From Acidimicrobiia bacterium (GTDB taxonomy: Bacteria; Actinomycetota; Acidimicrobiia; Spongiisociales; Spongiisociaceae): a stretch of DNA of 64,000 nt. The notes under the pieces are model-generated. The model did no database searches. It was not told the origin of the DNA and saw nothing but the letters and a program-made list of their open reading frames with translations. Below are positions 47,306-57,220 of this stretch, in pieces. The stretch lies in NCBI GenBank assembly GCA_041576165.1, contig JBFGLM010000020.1, positions 16,949-80,948 on the forward strand, given 5' to 3'. The translations under genes and the position numbers were made by a program. Each line of letters opens with the position of its first letter. Position 1 is the first letter of the stretch.

Positions 47306-50300
47306 TCAGTCGTCGTCGGCCAGGCTGTCGTAGCCTCGCCGGAGCTGTTCAACCCGACGGATCGCCACGATGAGGCTCGAGATCTCGGGGGCGCCTTCGA
47401 CAGTCAGGCTGCGGAAAAAGCGAGCGAGCTGCCCGACGGCCGCAGTGCGGTCTGCCAAGTAGTGGTCGAGTGCCTCAGATGCCGGCCGGCCGTCGGCAGT
47501 GGCGAGCACATCTTCAGCAAAGCGCCGCCGTAGCGCAACCAGATCATCAGTGATCACACGCAGCGCTTGCCGCTGCCATTGGCTGCTCACCGGCATGGCC
47601 GTTACCTGCTCCTCTAGCCAGTCGAGCTGAAGAGCCGAACCCACCTGGAGAAACACTCGGGCCACATCGAGCACCGGCTGTTTGGTGGCGTCCGCCACCT
47701 CTACCATGTCGAATCCGTGCTCCAGGTCGAGCTGATACGTATGCGAGGCGGCCACGTGGTCCGGCACACCTGTAGCAGCCAGCGCATCACGCTCGCTCTC
47801 CCGGGCATCCCGCCAGGCCGACGGCCCGACCTCTCGTATGCCCTGAGCCAGCTCTCGGAACCCGGGATGGAACAGATCGATCCGGTCCTCCACCGATTTG
47901 CGGTCGTGGTGGATGAGCTGCCAGCGGGTGAGTTCTTCCACCAGCCGGTCGATGCCGGCAAGCAATTCCCGCTGTAGTCCCGGCTTGACGCTGCCTACGA
48001 GATCTTCGACCGCCTTCCATCTCTCCTCGGCGTCGGAGATGATGCGGGCTACCCGGTAGGCCCGAACAACATCCTGGGGTGTGGATGCGGTTTCGGCGAC
48101 GAGCCGGGATACAAAGGTGATGCCCTCGGAGTCGATGACCCGATTCGCCACCTGGGTCGCGACGAGTTCACGCCGGAGTGGATGCTCGGGAATCACGTCG
48201 CCGAACCTCTGTACGACCTCGGCGGGGAAATAGTTGGCCAGCTCATCGTCGAACGCCGGATCATCCGGGATGCGCGAAGCCAGGATCTGATTGATCAGGC
48301 TCCGTTTCGCATACGTCAACAAGGTCGCCAGCTCGGGACGCAGCAAACCTTCTCCGGCCTGCGCACGCTCCCGCAGTACCTCTGCGCTGGGCAAACGCTC
48401 GAGGCGCCGGTCGAGCAGCTGCTCGCGTTCGAGCTGGGACATGAGATCCTCATACGCCTCGAGCCGGGTGGCCGATCTGTCCGCCTCCTGGCTGAGAATC
48501 TGGGCCTGGAGGAAGTTCTCATACAGGATCGCATCCACCACGTCCGGAGCCACGTGCTGTACCAACTGGTTACGGTCATCGCGATCAAGCTGTCCACGCT
48601 CGATAGCGATTCCCAACAGGATCTTCAGATTGACTTCCCGGTCTGAGCAGTGGACTCCACCGGAGTTGTCGATGAAGTCGGTGAAGATGCGGCCGCCGCT
48701 CGCGGCGAATTCGATCCGGCCCCGCTGCGTGAAGCCGAGGTTGCCGCCTTCACCGACCGCCTGGCACCGCAATGCGACGGCATCCACCCGGATGCCATCG
48801 TTGACCCGGTCTCCCACTTCGGCGTTGGACTCGCCCGAGGCTTTGACGAATGTGCCCACTCCGCCGTTCCAGAGCAGATGAACCTCGGCTTGCAGAATGG
48901 CCCGGATCACCTCGTCGGGGGTGCCCGCCGTGAGGTCTGTGCCGAGGGCGTCGCGGGCTTCCTGGGACAGATCGATGCTCTTGGCCGATCGAGGCCACAC
49001 TCCGCCCCCGGCAGAGATCTTGTCGCGGTCGTAATCGTCCCACGATGAGCCGGTCAATTCGAACAGCCGGGAGCGCTCGGCCCACCCCGTGTCGGGATCC
49101 GGGTTGGGATCGATGAAGACGTGGCGGTGATCGAAGGCGGCGATCAGCTGTATGTGCTGCGAGAGCACCATCCCGTTGCCAAAGACGTCGCCGGACATGT
49201 CCCCGATGCCGACCACTGTGAAATCCCCGGTGTCGGGGTTGATATCGATGTCCCGGAGATGCCATCGGACCGATTCCCACGCGCCCCGGGCCGTGATGCC
49301 GAGCTGCTTGTGGTCGTAGCCGGCCGACCCTCCAGAGGCGAACGCGTCGCCGAGCCAGAAGCCGTACTCTGCGGCGATCTCGTTAGCCGTGTCTGAAAAA
49401 GTGGCCGTGCCCTTGTCGGCTGCGACGACGAGATACGGGTCGTCTCCGTCCTGGACTACAACATGCTCCGGGTGCACCACAACGTCGCCGACCCGATTGT
49501 CGGTGACATCCAGCAGGCCGCGGATGAAGGTGATGTATGCTGCGCGGACCTCTTCCAGCGACGGGCGGCGATCCGCCCCGCGCAGGACAAACCCGCCTTT
49601 GGCTCCGGTCGGGACAATGACGGCGTTCTTCGTCATCTGGGCCTTCATCAGGCCCAAAACCTCGGTGCGGTAATCCTCCCGGCGCACCGACCACCGGATA
49701 CCTCCTCGGGCCACACGTCCACCTCGGAGATGAACGCCTTCAACGCCCGGCGCATAGACGAAGATCTCAAAGAGGGGCACTGGCCGGGGCATGCCGGGGA
49801 CGTCCGCAGAAATGAACTTGAAGGACAGGCTTTCTCGGTCCGGCCGAAAGGCGCTGGTACGAACAGTCGCCTTTATCAGGTTGAGGAAACCACGCAGTAT
49901 GCGGTCCTCATCCAGCGACTCGACCCGGTCGAGGTCCGCGACGATCGCAGCCGCGATTGCGGCCTCCCGCTCGGCATCAGCGGACTCTGGGTCGAACCTG
50001 GCGTTGAAGAGTTTCACCAGGTTGTTGGCGATGTGCGGCTGAGCGGCGAGGGCGTCGTTCATATAAGGGGCCGTGAAGTCGGAGGCGACCCGCTGCCAAT
50101 ACGTCCGGTAGGCCCGCAGGATGGCCACGTCACGGTGATCGATGTCGGCATCGATGATGAGCCGGTCGAGAGAGTCACTCTCAGCCCGGCCCTGGAGGAC
50201 GGCCGTGATAGTCGCAGCGACTCGCTCACCGCACTGTTCGACGTCCAGCGGGGTGCCGTCGGTCCGCAACACGCCGAAATCGTGAATGTGAATGCCGGCG

Positions 50301-52105
50301 GCGCTTTCCTCGAGCTCGGTCGGCACCTCGTCGATGACACGCAGGCCGAAGTGCTCCAGCGTGGGCATGATCTCGGACAGCTCCAGTCGGCCGTTGTCTT
50401 TGAAGATCGAGATCTGGGTGCGCGGCTCCTCCTGTTCGGTCGCGGGCCGCACGCCTACTACGGGTGAAACGCCCGATGCGAGCTGTTCCAGGCGTTCGAC
50501 GTCGGTGACTGCCACCTCCAGTGGGACAGATGTCCGGTAGGCCTCGGGAAAACTGGCGGCCCAGCGGTTACTCAGATCCTCGCCCCGGTCGTCGCCAAAG
50601 GTGTCGGCCAGGGCCTCGGAGAGCCGCTCCTCCCAGGTGCGCGCCATGTTGATGACCTCGGCTTCGAGGTCCTCGACGTTGACGCTGGGAACGTCCTCCC
50701 CAGTGATCCACACCGTGAAATGAATGCGGGCAGTGTCCGACTCACCAAGCGCCAGCTGGTAATCAATGGAGGAACCCCCCAATCGCTCCAGCATCAACGT
50801 CTGTAGCCCTTTGCGTAGTTCGGCGTTGAACCGGTCGCGTGGCAACACCACCAGGACCGACACGTTGCGCTGCAACAAATCCCGGCGGACGAACAAACGA
50901 ATGTTCTCCCGTTCCTGGGCCTCGATCAGGCCGACGATGGAGTCGCGGATGTCTTCTGTGGGAGTGGAGAACAGCTCATTCTTGGGAACGGTGTTGAACA
51001 GCTGGACGACCTGTTTGTAGTGGTGTGACCCGGCGATCGCATCCTCGTCGGCGAGGATTTGGGCGAGCCGCCGGCGTAACAGCGGAACGGACTCCGCTGC
51101 CTGCATGTATGCCTTGGATGTGAACAGTCCGATCAGGCGGGCCTCACCCGACACGCGGCCGTCCTCGTCAACCCGGCGCACGCCGATGTAGTCCATCCGA
51201 GCTCGGCGGTGCACCCGCGAGTAGCTGTTGGTCTTGGTCACGACAACCAGGTCGCCTACCTCATAGCGGCGGCGCAGGGCCGGGTTGAGTTCTTCGAGCA
51301 AGACCGGATGCCGGAATTGCGACTCCTCGGTGTCCGCCAGCAGGCCCAGGCCGGAGTGGGGAGCCGCCTGCACGGCGCGTCCGTCCGGGGTGTCGACGAT
51401 CTCGTACTCGCGATAACCAAGGAAAACGAAGTTGTCGTCGAGGAGCCACTCGAGGAAGTCCACCGTCTCCTCTATCTCGTCGTGGGCGTAGCGGGCAGTG
51501 CCTTGACGGGCGACCTTCATCATGCGATAGACGGCGCCCTGCATTGGTTCGAAGTCGTCGGTGGCCCGGCGAACGTCGCCGATCACGCGGGTGACAACTT
51601 CCTCGACGTTGGCGGCCTCCTCCGAGCTCAGCAGCCGGTCAAGCTGATAATGCTGAACCGATTCCCGCAACCCGGAATCACGTGCCGGCCGCAGCTCAAC
51701 CAGCTCGCCCTCGGGCGTTCGGGTGGCCCCAATCACGGGATGGATGAGCGCTTCGACCGTGTAACCACCGCCGGTGAGGGCCATCGTCACGGAATCGACC
51801 AGGAACGGGGCGTCCGGCGCGACCATTTCAACCACGGCGCCGGGGCGTTCGTAACCGTGGGTTGCGCGAGAGGGGTTGAAGGCCCTGACCAACACTTCGC
51901 GACCTTTGCGAACCCTCGCAAAGTCGAGGAACCCCTCGATTTGAGCGCACATCTCTTCTTCTGAGAGAAGTTCGAGATAGTCGCTGGGTATCCGTCGGAC
52001 GTACGCCCGCGCGAAAGCCTGGAGGAGCGGGGTGGGCTCACTCGCACTGCGGCACAGTGCTTCGACAACGGCCTCGAGCGGACGACTGCTGGCGACCTCA
52101 GTCAT
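47306..52105 (-). CDS. gdhB: large NAD-specific glutamate dehydrogenase
   Basis: 1599 aa; GVHLRGGRVARGGIRWS, AQMTKNAVIVPTGAKGGF, YLVVAADKGTATFSD, GIGDMSGDVFGNG, GEGGNLG. Confidence 0.96.
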   Translation of the reverse strand: MTEVASSRPLEAVVEALCRSASEPTPLLQAFARAYVRRIPSDYLELLSEEEMCAQIEGFLDFARVRKGREVLVRAFNPSRATHGYERPGAVVEMVAPDAPFLVDSVTMALTGGGYTVEALIHPVIGATRTPEGELVELRPARDSGLRESVQHYQLDRLLSSEEAANVEEVVTRVIGDVRRATDDFEPMQGAVYRMMKVARQGTARYAHDEIEETVDFLEWLLDDNFVFLGYREYEIVDTPDGRAVQAAPHSGLGLLADTEESQFRHPVLLEELNPALRRRYEVGDLVVVTKTNSYSRVHRRARMDYIGVRRVDEDGRVSGEARLIGLFTSKAYMQAAESVPLLRRRLAQILADEDAIAGSHHYKQVVQLFNTVPKNELFSTPTEDIRDSIVGLIEAQERENIRLFVRRDLLQRNVSVLVVLPRDRFNAELRKGLQTLMLERLGGSSIDYQLALGESDTARIHFTVWITGEDVPSVNVEDLEAEVINMARTWEERLSEALADTFGDDRGEDLSNRWAASFPEAYRTSVPLEVAVTDVERLEQLASGVSPVVGVRPATEQEEPRTQISIFKDNGRLELSEIMPTLEHFGLRVIDEVPTELEESAAGIHIHDFGVLRTDGTPLDVEQCGERVAATITAVLQGRAESDSLDRLIIDADIDHRDVAILRAYRTYWQRVASDFTAPYMNDALAAQPHIANNLVKLFNARFDPESADAEREAAIAAAIVADLDRVESLDEDRILRGFLNLIKATVRTSAFRPDRESLSFKFISADVPGMPRPVPLFEIFVYAPGVEGVHLRGGRVARGGIRWSVRREDYRTEVLGLMKAQMTKNAVIVPTGAKGGFVLRGADRRPSLEEVRAAYITFIRGLLDVTDNRVGDVVVHPEHVVVQDGDDPYLVVAADKGTATFSDTANEIAAEYGFWLGDAFASGGSAGYDHKQLGITARGAWESVRWHLRDIDINPDTGDFTVVGIGDMSGDVFGNGMVLSQHIQLIAAFDHRHVFIDPNPDPDTGWAERSRLFELTGSSWDDYDRDKISAGGGVWPRSAKSIDLSQEARDALGTDLTAGTPDEVIRAILQAEVHLLWNGGVGTFVKASGESNAEVGDRVNDGIRVDAVALRCQAVGEGGNLGFTQRGRIEFAASGGRIFTDFIDNSGGVHCSDREVNLKILLGIAIERGQLDRDDRNQLVQHVAPDVVDAILYENFLQAQILSQEADRSATRLEAYEDLMSQLEREQLLDRRLERLPSAEVLRERAQAGEGLLRPELATLLTYAKRSLINQILASRIPDDPAFDDELANYFPAEVVQRFGDVIPEHPLRRELVATQVANRVIDSEGITFVSRLVAETASTPQDVVRAYRVARIISDAEERWKAVEDLVGSVKPGLQRELLAGIDRLVEELTRWQLIHHDRKSVEDRIDLFHPGFRELAQGIREVGPSAWRDARESERDALAATGVPDHVAASHTYQLDLEHGFDMVEVADATKQPVLDVARVFLQVGSALQLDWLEEQVTAMPVSSQWQRQALRVITDDLVALRRRFAEDVLATADGRPASEALDHYLADRTAAVGQLARFFRSLTVEGAPEISSLIVAIRRVEQLRRGYDSLADDD

Positions 52106-52375
52106 GCATCATCACGTCCCTTTGAAGTTACTCGGATCACGCAGCTGCGCATGCAAATGGCCAAAGTGAGTGTGGTTTGGGTGACACTCGCGCATCCTGC
52201 GAGTAGCTGAGCATCACGCGGGCGGCTCGACAGCAGGATACGCCTCACCTCCGCCCGAACGCGAATCCGCATGGAGATAGTTGCCGCATAAAGTGTTGAT
52301 AATCCCACTCTAAGTGAGATATGCTGGCGGCCGAGATCTTCCGTCCGTTGACGATCTTTTCGCTGGGGAGGCGCC

Positions 52376-53860
52376 GTGGGTAAACGGTCAGGGCGGCATA
52401 GCGCCACGTGGGTAGCAGGACTGCTGCTGCTCGCGGGTGCGTTTTCCCTCCAACCAGCACCAGCCTCCCCTCCTGCCGATCGGCCGGCCACACTCGGGGT
52501 GCGCGTCCCGGCCGAGCTCTGGCTGGACAGCAGCTTCGAGCAGGTAGAAAGCGACTACGACGCCGCCGAGGACTACGGGTCGCTCTACAACGTAGCTGAC
52601 CGCATCGCCCTTGACGACAAACACCCCACCGGGGCGGGAATCGACATCGCCATGATCGACACCGGCGTGGTGCCGGTTCAGGAGCTGTCGCATGGCAATG
52701 TCATCCTGGGGCCTGACTTTTCCTTCGAGGACGCCCAACCGTCACTGCGGTCGCTCGACACAAACGGCCATGGCACCCACCTCGCTGGGATCATCGTGGG
52801 TCGCAGTACCGGGGACGACGAGGTCGAACGAGACGACGAATGGAATGATGAGTTCCTGGGTCTCGCTCCCGAAGCCCGACTGATCAGCGTCAAGATCGGC
52901 GCTGCCGACGGCTCGGTCGACGTGAGTCAGGCTGTAGCGGCGATCAACTGGGTGATCGAAAACCGTCGGGCAAATGGGTGGAATATTCGGGTTCTCAACC
53001 TGGCGTACGGCACAAACGCGAGCCAATCCTATGAAGTCGATCCCCTGGCCCACGCAGTTGAACGCGCCTGGCACGCCGGAATCGTGGTGGTGGTGGCCGG
53101 CGGCAACGACTCCCGGGGAAGCCAGCTGCGGAACCCGGCGATCAACCCCTACATCATCGCGGTGGGGTCGGGTGATCGCGAAGGCAAGAAGGCTGTTGTA
53201 TCCGAGTTCAGCAGTACCGGAGACAAAGATCGCGGACTCGACCTGCTGGCACCCGGCGAGTCGATCGTGAGCCTCCGCAACGCTGGGTCGTTCTCCGATG
53301 CATACAACGAGGCTGGGCGCGTCGACCAGCGCCTGGTACGTGGCACCGGGTCGAGTCAGGCGTCCGCGGTGGTCACTGCGGCTGTGGCCGTGCTGCTAGA
53401 AGACCGTCCCTGGCTGACGCCGGACCAAGTCAAGGCGCTCCTCCTAGCAAGCGCAAAGGGTAAAGGGACCGGGTTCCTGAACGTGAAGGGCGCATTGAAG
53501 GAGGAAGCCCCCGGTGACGCGCAGGGTTGGACGAGGTCGAGTGGGACCGGCTCCATCGACCTCGCCAGGGGCACGTTCTTGAAGACCGATCCGCTGGGCA
53601 ACGTCATCGGCGAGTCTGACATCTTCGGCGTCAATTGGGGTGACACGGCGTGGACCCGTGACGTCTGGTCGGACAATCGCTGGCTTGGTCGAGCCTGGGA
53701 CAGGGACGTCTGGCAAGGCACAGCTTGGTATTCCGTGCTGTGGGCGCAGGGAAAGTGGTCGGGGAACGAGTGGACCGGCAACGAGTGGTCGGGGAACGAG
53801 TGGTCGGGGAACGAGTGGTCGGGGAACGAGTGGTCCGCGTGGGGATGGAGCGAGAAATAA
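52376..53860 (+). CDS. secreted S8 subtilase with C-terminal Trp-pentapeptide (SGNEW) repeats
   Basis: Signal peptide; IDTG, HGTHLAG, AGGN, GTGSSQA catalytic motifs; repeat tail. Confidence 0.9.
   Translation: MGKRSGRHSATWVAGLLLLAGAFSLQPAPASPPADRPATLGVRVPAELWLDSSFEQVESDYDAAEDYGSLYNVADRIALDDKHPTGAGIDIAMIDTGVVPVQELSHGNVILGPDFSFEDAQPSLRSLDTNGHGTHLAGIIVGRSTGDDEVERDDEWNDEFLGLAPEARLISVKIGAADGSVDVSQAVAAINWVIENRRANGWNIRVLNLAYGTNASQSYEVDPLAHAVERAWHAGIVVVVAGGNDSRGSQLRNPAINPYIIAVGSGDREGKKAVVSEFSSTGDKDRGLDLLAPGESIVSLRNAGSFSDAYNEAGRVDQRLVRGTGSSQASAVVTAAVAVLLEDRPWLTPDQVKALLLASAKGKGTGFLNVKGALKEEAPGDAQGWTRSSGTGSIDLARGTFLKTDPLGNVIGESDIFGVNWGDTAWTRDVWSDNRWLGRAWDRDVWQGTAWYSVLWAQGKWSGNEWTGNEWSGNEWSGNEWSGNEWSAWGWSEK
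53624..53851 (+). repeat. coding 5-aa periodic Trp repeat (15 units, five (S/T)GNEW)
   Basis: FGVNW GDTAW TRDVW SDNRW LGRAW DRDVW QGTAW YSVLW AQGKW (S/T)GNEW x5 SAWGW. Confidence 0.95.
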
Positions 53861-55029
53861 TGACCGTGAGTGCGCGCCGGCCTACATCTACCCAGCCCAC
53901 AGGCCTCTGGCCCGTGCAGGGCTTGATCCTGGCGATGGTTGGTCTCGCCGCAATCGTTCACCTGGTCTTGATCGGTGATCGGCCCCCCCTCGATGTTCCG
54001 CTTCAGGTGCCGTGGTGGCTTCTGGCCGCTGGATTTGCGGTTACAGGAATGTTGGTCACCCACATCACAGTCCGTACCCAAAGCCACACCCTGACGCTCA
54101 TCGAGGTTCCGCTCGTCCTCGGGCTGGCGCTCGCTGCTCCCTCAGCATTGATCATTGGCCGGCTGATCGGCGCAGCCCTTGCGATCTGGCTGCACCGCCG
54201 GCTCCCACCGATCAAACTGATCTTCAATCTGGCGCTGGCCTATCTCGAGACCGCAGTGGCGATCGTTGTCTACCGCTTCGTCCTCGGCTCCTCCAGCCCG
54301 GTCGATCCTCCGGGGTGGGCGGCGGCGTTCGTTGCAGTGCTCGCCGTCCAACTTTTGGGACTCTCGGCCGTGCGCACGGTTTTGCGCATCACGGACGCCC
54401 CGCGCCCGCAGCAAGCAACGGCCACCGCGATCGTCTCGACGACACTTGCCCTGACGTCCGCGGTCGTCGGCCTCACGGGCCTCGTCCTGGTTTGGACCGA
54501 CTCGCGCCTGGGCTTGCTACTCGTGATCCTGACGGGTGCGCTCTACAACCTCACAAAGTCGAGCGTCGTTTGGCAGCAGCGCACGACGGCGATCAGAGAA
54601 GTCTCAAAGCTCGCCAGTCGGCTGGGCGGGCTCGAACGGGATGACCTGCTGAGGCAGTCGCTGATGAACAGCCGGGACCTGCTCAGGGCCCAGGCCGCTG
54701 AGGTGGTTCTCACCGGCGACGGTGGTGCCGGCCAAGTCATCCAAATCACACCCGACGATGATGTCATCATCCGTCCGGCGACCGGTGAGAACGAGGCGTG
54801 GATGCGGCCAATCCTGAGCGCATCAACCGAGCGCCAGATCCCGGCTCAGGAGGACTATCTGCAGGACCGCGGATACCAGCTCGGTATGGTCACTGCCATC
54901 CCGGGCAGGGAGGGACCAATTGGCCTGCTGGCCGTATTCGATCGGGTCGGACCGAGGCCTCGCTTCGAGGAGGCCGACCGGGAGCTGCTCGAAGCTATCG
55001 CGGCGTACACAGGTCTTGCCTTGCGATGA
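53860..55029 (+). CDS. multi-TM sensor + GAF protein without output domain
   Basis: TAATG coupling to the protease; about 7 TM helices; GAF ending GLLAVFDR...FEEADRELLEAIAAYTGLALR-stop. Confidence 0.8.
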   Translation: MTVSARRPTSTQPTGLWPVQGLILAMVGLAAIVHLVLIGDRPPLDVPLQVPWWLLAAGFAVTGMLVTHITVRTQSHTLTLIEVPLVLGLALAAPSALIIGRLIGAALAIWLHRRLPPIKLIFNLALAYLETAVAIVVYRFVLGSSSPVDPPGWAAAFVAVLAVQLLGLSAVRTVLRITDAPRPQQATATAIVSTTLALTSAVVGLTGLVLVWTDSRLGLLLVILTGALYNLTKSSVVWQQRTTAIREVSKLASRLGGLERDDLLRQSLMNSRDLLRAQAAEVVLTGDGGAGQVIQITPDDDVIIRPATGENEAWMRPILSASTERQIPAQEDYLQDRGYQLGMVTAIPGREGPIGLLAVFDRVGPRPRFEEADRELLEAIAAYTGLALR

Positions 55030-57176
55030 ATCTGGTCGGGACGAACGAAACGTCTCACCCCGCAACGTCTCCGACCGCGACCGTTATAGATCGAGTCAGA
55101 GGGAACCTGGTCCGTAACTCGTCGTCCGTCGTCTGGCTCATCACGTTGGTGATGCTGGGGGTGGGCGTCGGCGTTCACCGTTTCGCGCTGATCGGCTCCC
55201 CGGAACCGCTGATGCCACCGATCTCCGTTCCGTGGTGGGTACTCGCATTGGGTTTCGCACTCTCCAGCGTGTTCGTTGTCCACCTGCCGGTTCGCAAGGA
55301 CGCACACTCGGTGTCGCTCAGCGAAGTGCTGATGGTGATCGGGCTGGCCTTTGCCGCGCCGTGGGTCCTGATCGTAGGGCGGCTGGTGGGTTCGGCTGCA
55401 GCACTGATCTTCCATCGACGGCAGCCGCTCACGAAGCTCGTGTTCAATCTCTCGTTGGCCTACCTAGAGACCACAGCCGCGCTGACTGCGTATCGTCTGT
55501 TGCTCGACGGGGGCTCACCGGTCGAGGTGCGAGGTTGGTGGGCGCTGGTCGGGGGCGGGGCGATTGCCGTCGGACTGAGTTTGGGGATGGTGACACTGGT
55601 CATCGCCTTCCATGATCAACGCCGGCCGACTTCGCAGGTGCTTGCATCCCTACTGGCGGGCGGGATGGTCAGCATCGGGGCTGTCATCATCGGTCTGGTA
55701 TACGTGCTTCTGATCTGGGCCGATCCCCGCAGTGTGGCCGTACTCGCGGTGATGACCTTCCTCATGTACGCCGCGCTCCGGGCGTTTGGGCGGCTCGCCG
55801 AACAGCACAACGACCTGCAGGCAGTGTTCTCATTCGCGACGGGCATTCACCGTCCGTTGTTGTGGGACGAGGTGGTCTCCACAACCCTCGAGGAAGTACG
55901 CGTGGCGCTCCGTGCGGATTCGGCGGATCTCATCATCTTTCGGGAAGGAAGGTCGGCCGTCGCCGACCGGGTGAGCATGCTCGGAGATCGGCCCGTCACT
56001 CACTCCGAGATTGATAAGGCTGCAGCGCGCGAAGTAACCCGGTTGCTTCTCGCCAACCCGACCAGCCGTGTGTTCTCCCCCAGCAAAGGGCCCGCCCACC
56101 TGCGAGAGCGGTACGCCGAGGTTGGGTTCAGAACGGGGATTGTCACGCCCGTTAGCGGTCCGGACGGGGTCGTCGCAATCCTTGCGGCCGGCAACCGTTT
56201 GGGCCCGGTGGCGTCATTCGGCGCCGACGATCTGCGGCTGCTGGAGGTTCTGGCCAAACAGACGGCAGACACGATGGCCAGGAGCAAACTCGTGGAAAAG
56301 CTGAGACATGAGAGCGCGGAGCGGGAACGACAGGCTGCCGACATGGTCCGATCCAAGGACGAATTCCTGGCATCGGTCTCCCACGAGCTGCGCACCCCGC
56401 TCACGGGCGTTCAGGGATGCGCCGAGCTCCTGGCCGAACAGCTGCACGACATGCAGCCCGCGGAGGTTCAGGAGCTCGTGTCCCATCTGTCTCAACAAAG
56501 CAAGGAACTCTCGGAGCTGGTCGATGATCTTCTGGTGGCGGCACGCGCGGATATCGGCAGTCTCACGATCAAGAAGATCAGCATGGAAGTAGGACCGGAG
56601 ATCGATCGGGCGGTGGCCTCCGTCTCACATGTCGCCGGGTTCGATCGGGTCGAGATCGAGGTCCAGCCCGGCTCGGCGTTCGCCGATCCGCTGCGAGTGC
56701 GACAGGTGGTGAGGAACCTTCTGACCAACGCACTTCGGTACGGCGGCGAACGCGTCCAGCTCCAGGCCTGCGTCCGGGAGGGCGTGTGGTCCATCGAAGT
56801 CTCCGACGACGGGGAAGGGGTTCCCGAGGAGCTGGCTCAAGCAATCTTCCGGCCGTACCGCAGCGCACACACGCTCAAAGGTGTTACCGGTTCAGTGGGT
56901 CTGGGGCTGACGGTGGCCCGCGAGCTCGCTCAGTTGATGGGCGGCACGCTGACATACCGTCGTCGGCTCGAACGATCGGTGTTTGACCTGCGGCTACCCG
57001 CCGCCGAGGTCGACAATCCCGGCGTGGGCTCGGCCAGCGACCAGCCTGAACGCGGGGCGCTGCGACGCGCGCTCGGATCGGCCTACGACTTTGTCTCGCC
57101 GCTTGGCGAAACGTATGACCACATTGAGGTCGACGCCACCGCAGGCGACGACGTTGCCGGCTTGGTCACGGACTGA
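55026..57176 (+). CDS. membrane sensor histidine kinase (multi-TM + GAF + HisKA + HATPase)
   Basis: ATGA overlap; SHELRTPL H-box, NLLTNALRY, DDGEG, GLGL. Confidence 0.92.
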   Translation: MNLVGTNETSHPATSPTATVIDRVRGNLVRNSSSVVWLITLVMLGVGVGVHRFALIGSPEPLMPPISVPWWVLALGFALSSVFVVHLPVRKDAHSVSLSEVLMVIGLAFAAPWVLIVGRLVGSAAALIFHRRQPLTKLVFNLSLAYLETTAALTAYRLLLDGGSPVEVRGWWALVGGGAIAVGLSLGMVTLVIAFHDQRRPTSQVLASLLAGGMVSIGAVIIGLVYVLLIWADPRSVAVLAVMTFLMYAALRAFGRLAEQHNDLQAVFSFATGIHRPLLWDEVVSTTLEEVRVALRADSADLIIFREGRSAVADRVSMLGDRPVTHSEIDKAAAREVTRLLLANPTSRVFSPSKGPAHLRERYAEVGFRTGIVTPVSGPDGVVAILAAGNRLGPVASFGADDLRLLEVLAKQTADTMARSKLVEKLRHESAERERQAADMVRSKDEFLASVSHELRTPLTGVQGCAELLAEQLHDMQPAEVQELVSHLSQQSKELSELVDDLLVAARADIGSLTIKKISMEVGPEIDRAVASVSHVAGFDRVEIEVQPGSAFADPLRVRQVVRNLLTNALRYGGERVQLQACVREGVWSIEVSDDGEGVPEELAQAIFRPYRSAHTLKGVTGSVGLGLTVARELAQLMGGTLTYRRRLERSVFDLRLPAAEVDNPGVGSASDQPERGALRRALGSAYDFVSPLGETYDHIEVDATAGDDVAGLVTD

Positions 57177-57220
57177 AACGACCGCCCGCATCATCCCCCG
57201 ATGGCCTCGGGCGCGCGGCA

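Noticed and set aside
47700-52068. Many long overlapping ORFs opposite gdhB, the STAND gene and the ATPase
   Set aside because: Shadow ORFs expected in high-GC DNA; no recognisable motifs.
53750-53840. 15-bp repeats (also 60440-60640) as a possible CRISPR array
   Set aside because: Tandem units without spacers, in frame within CDSs; no cas genes.
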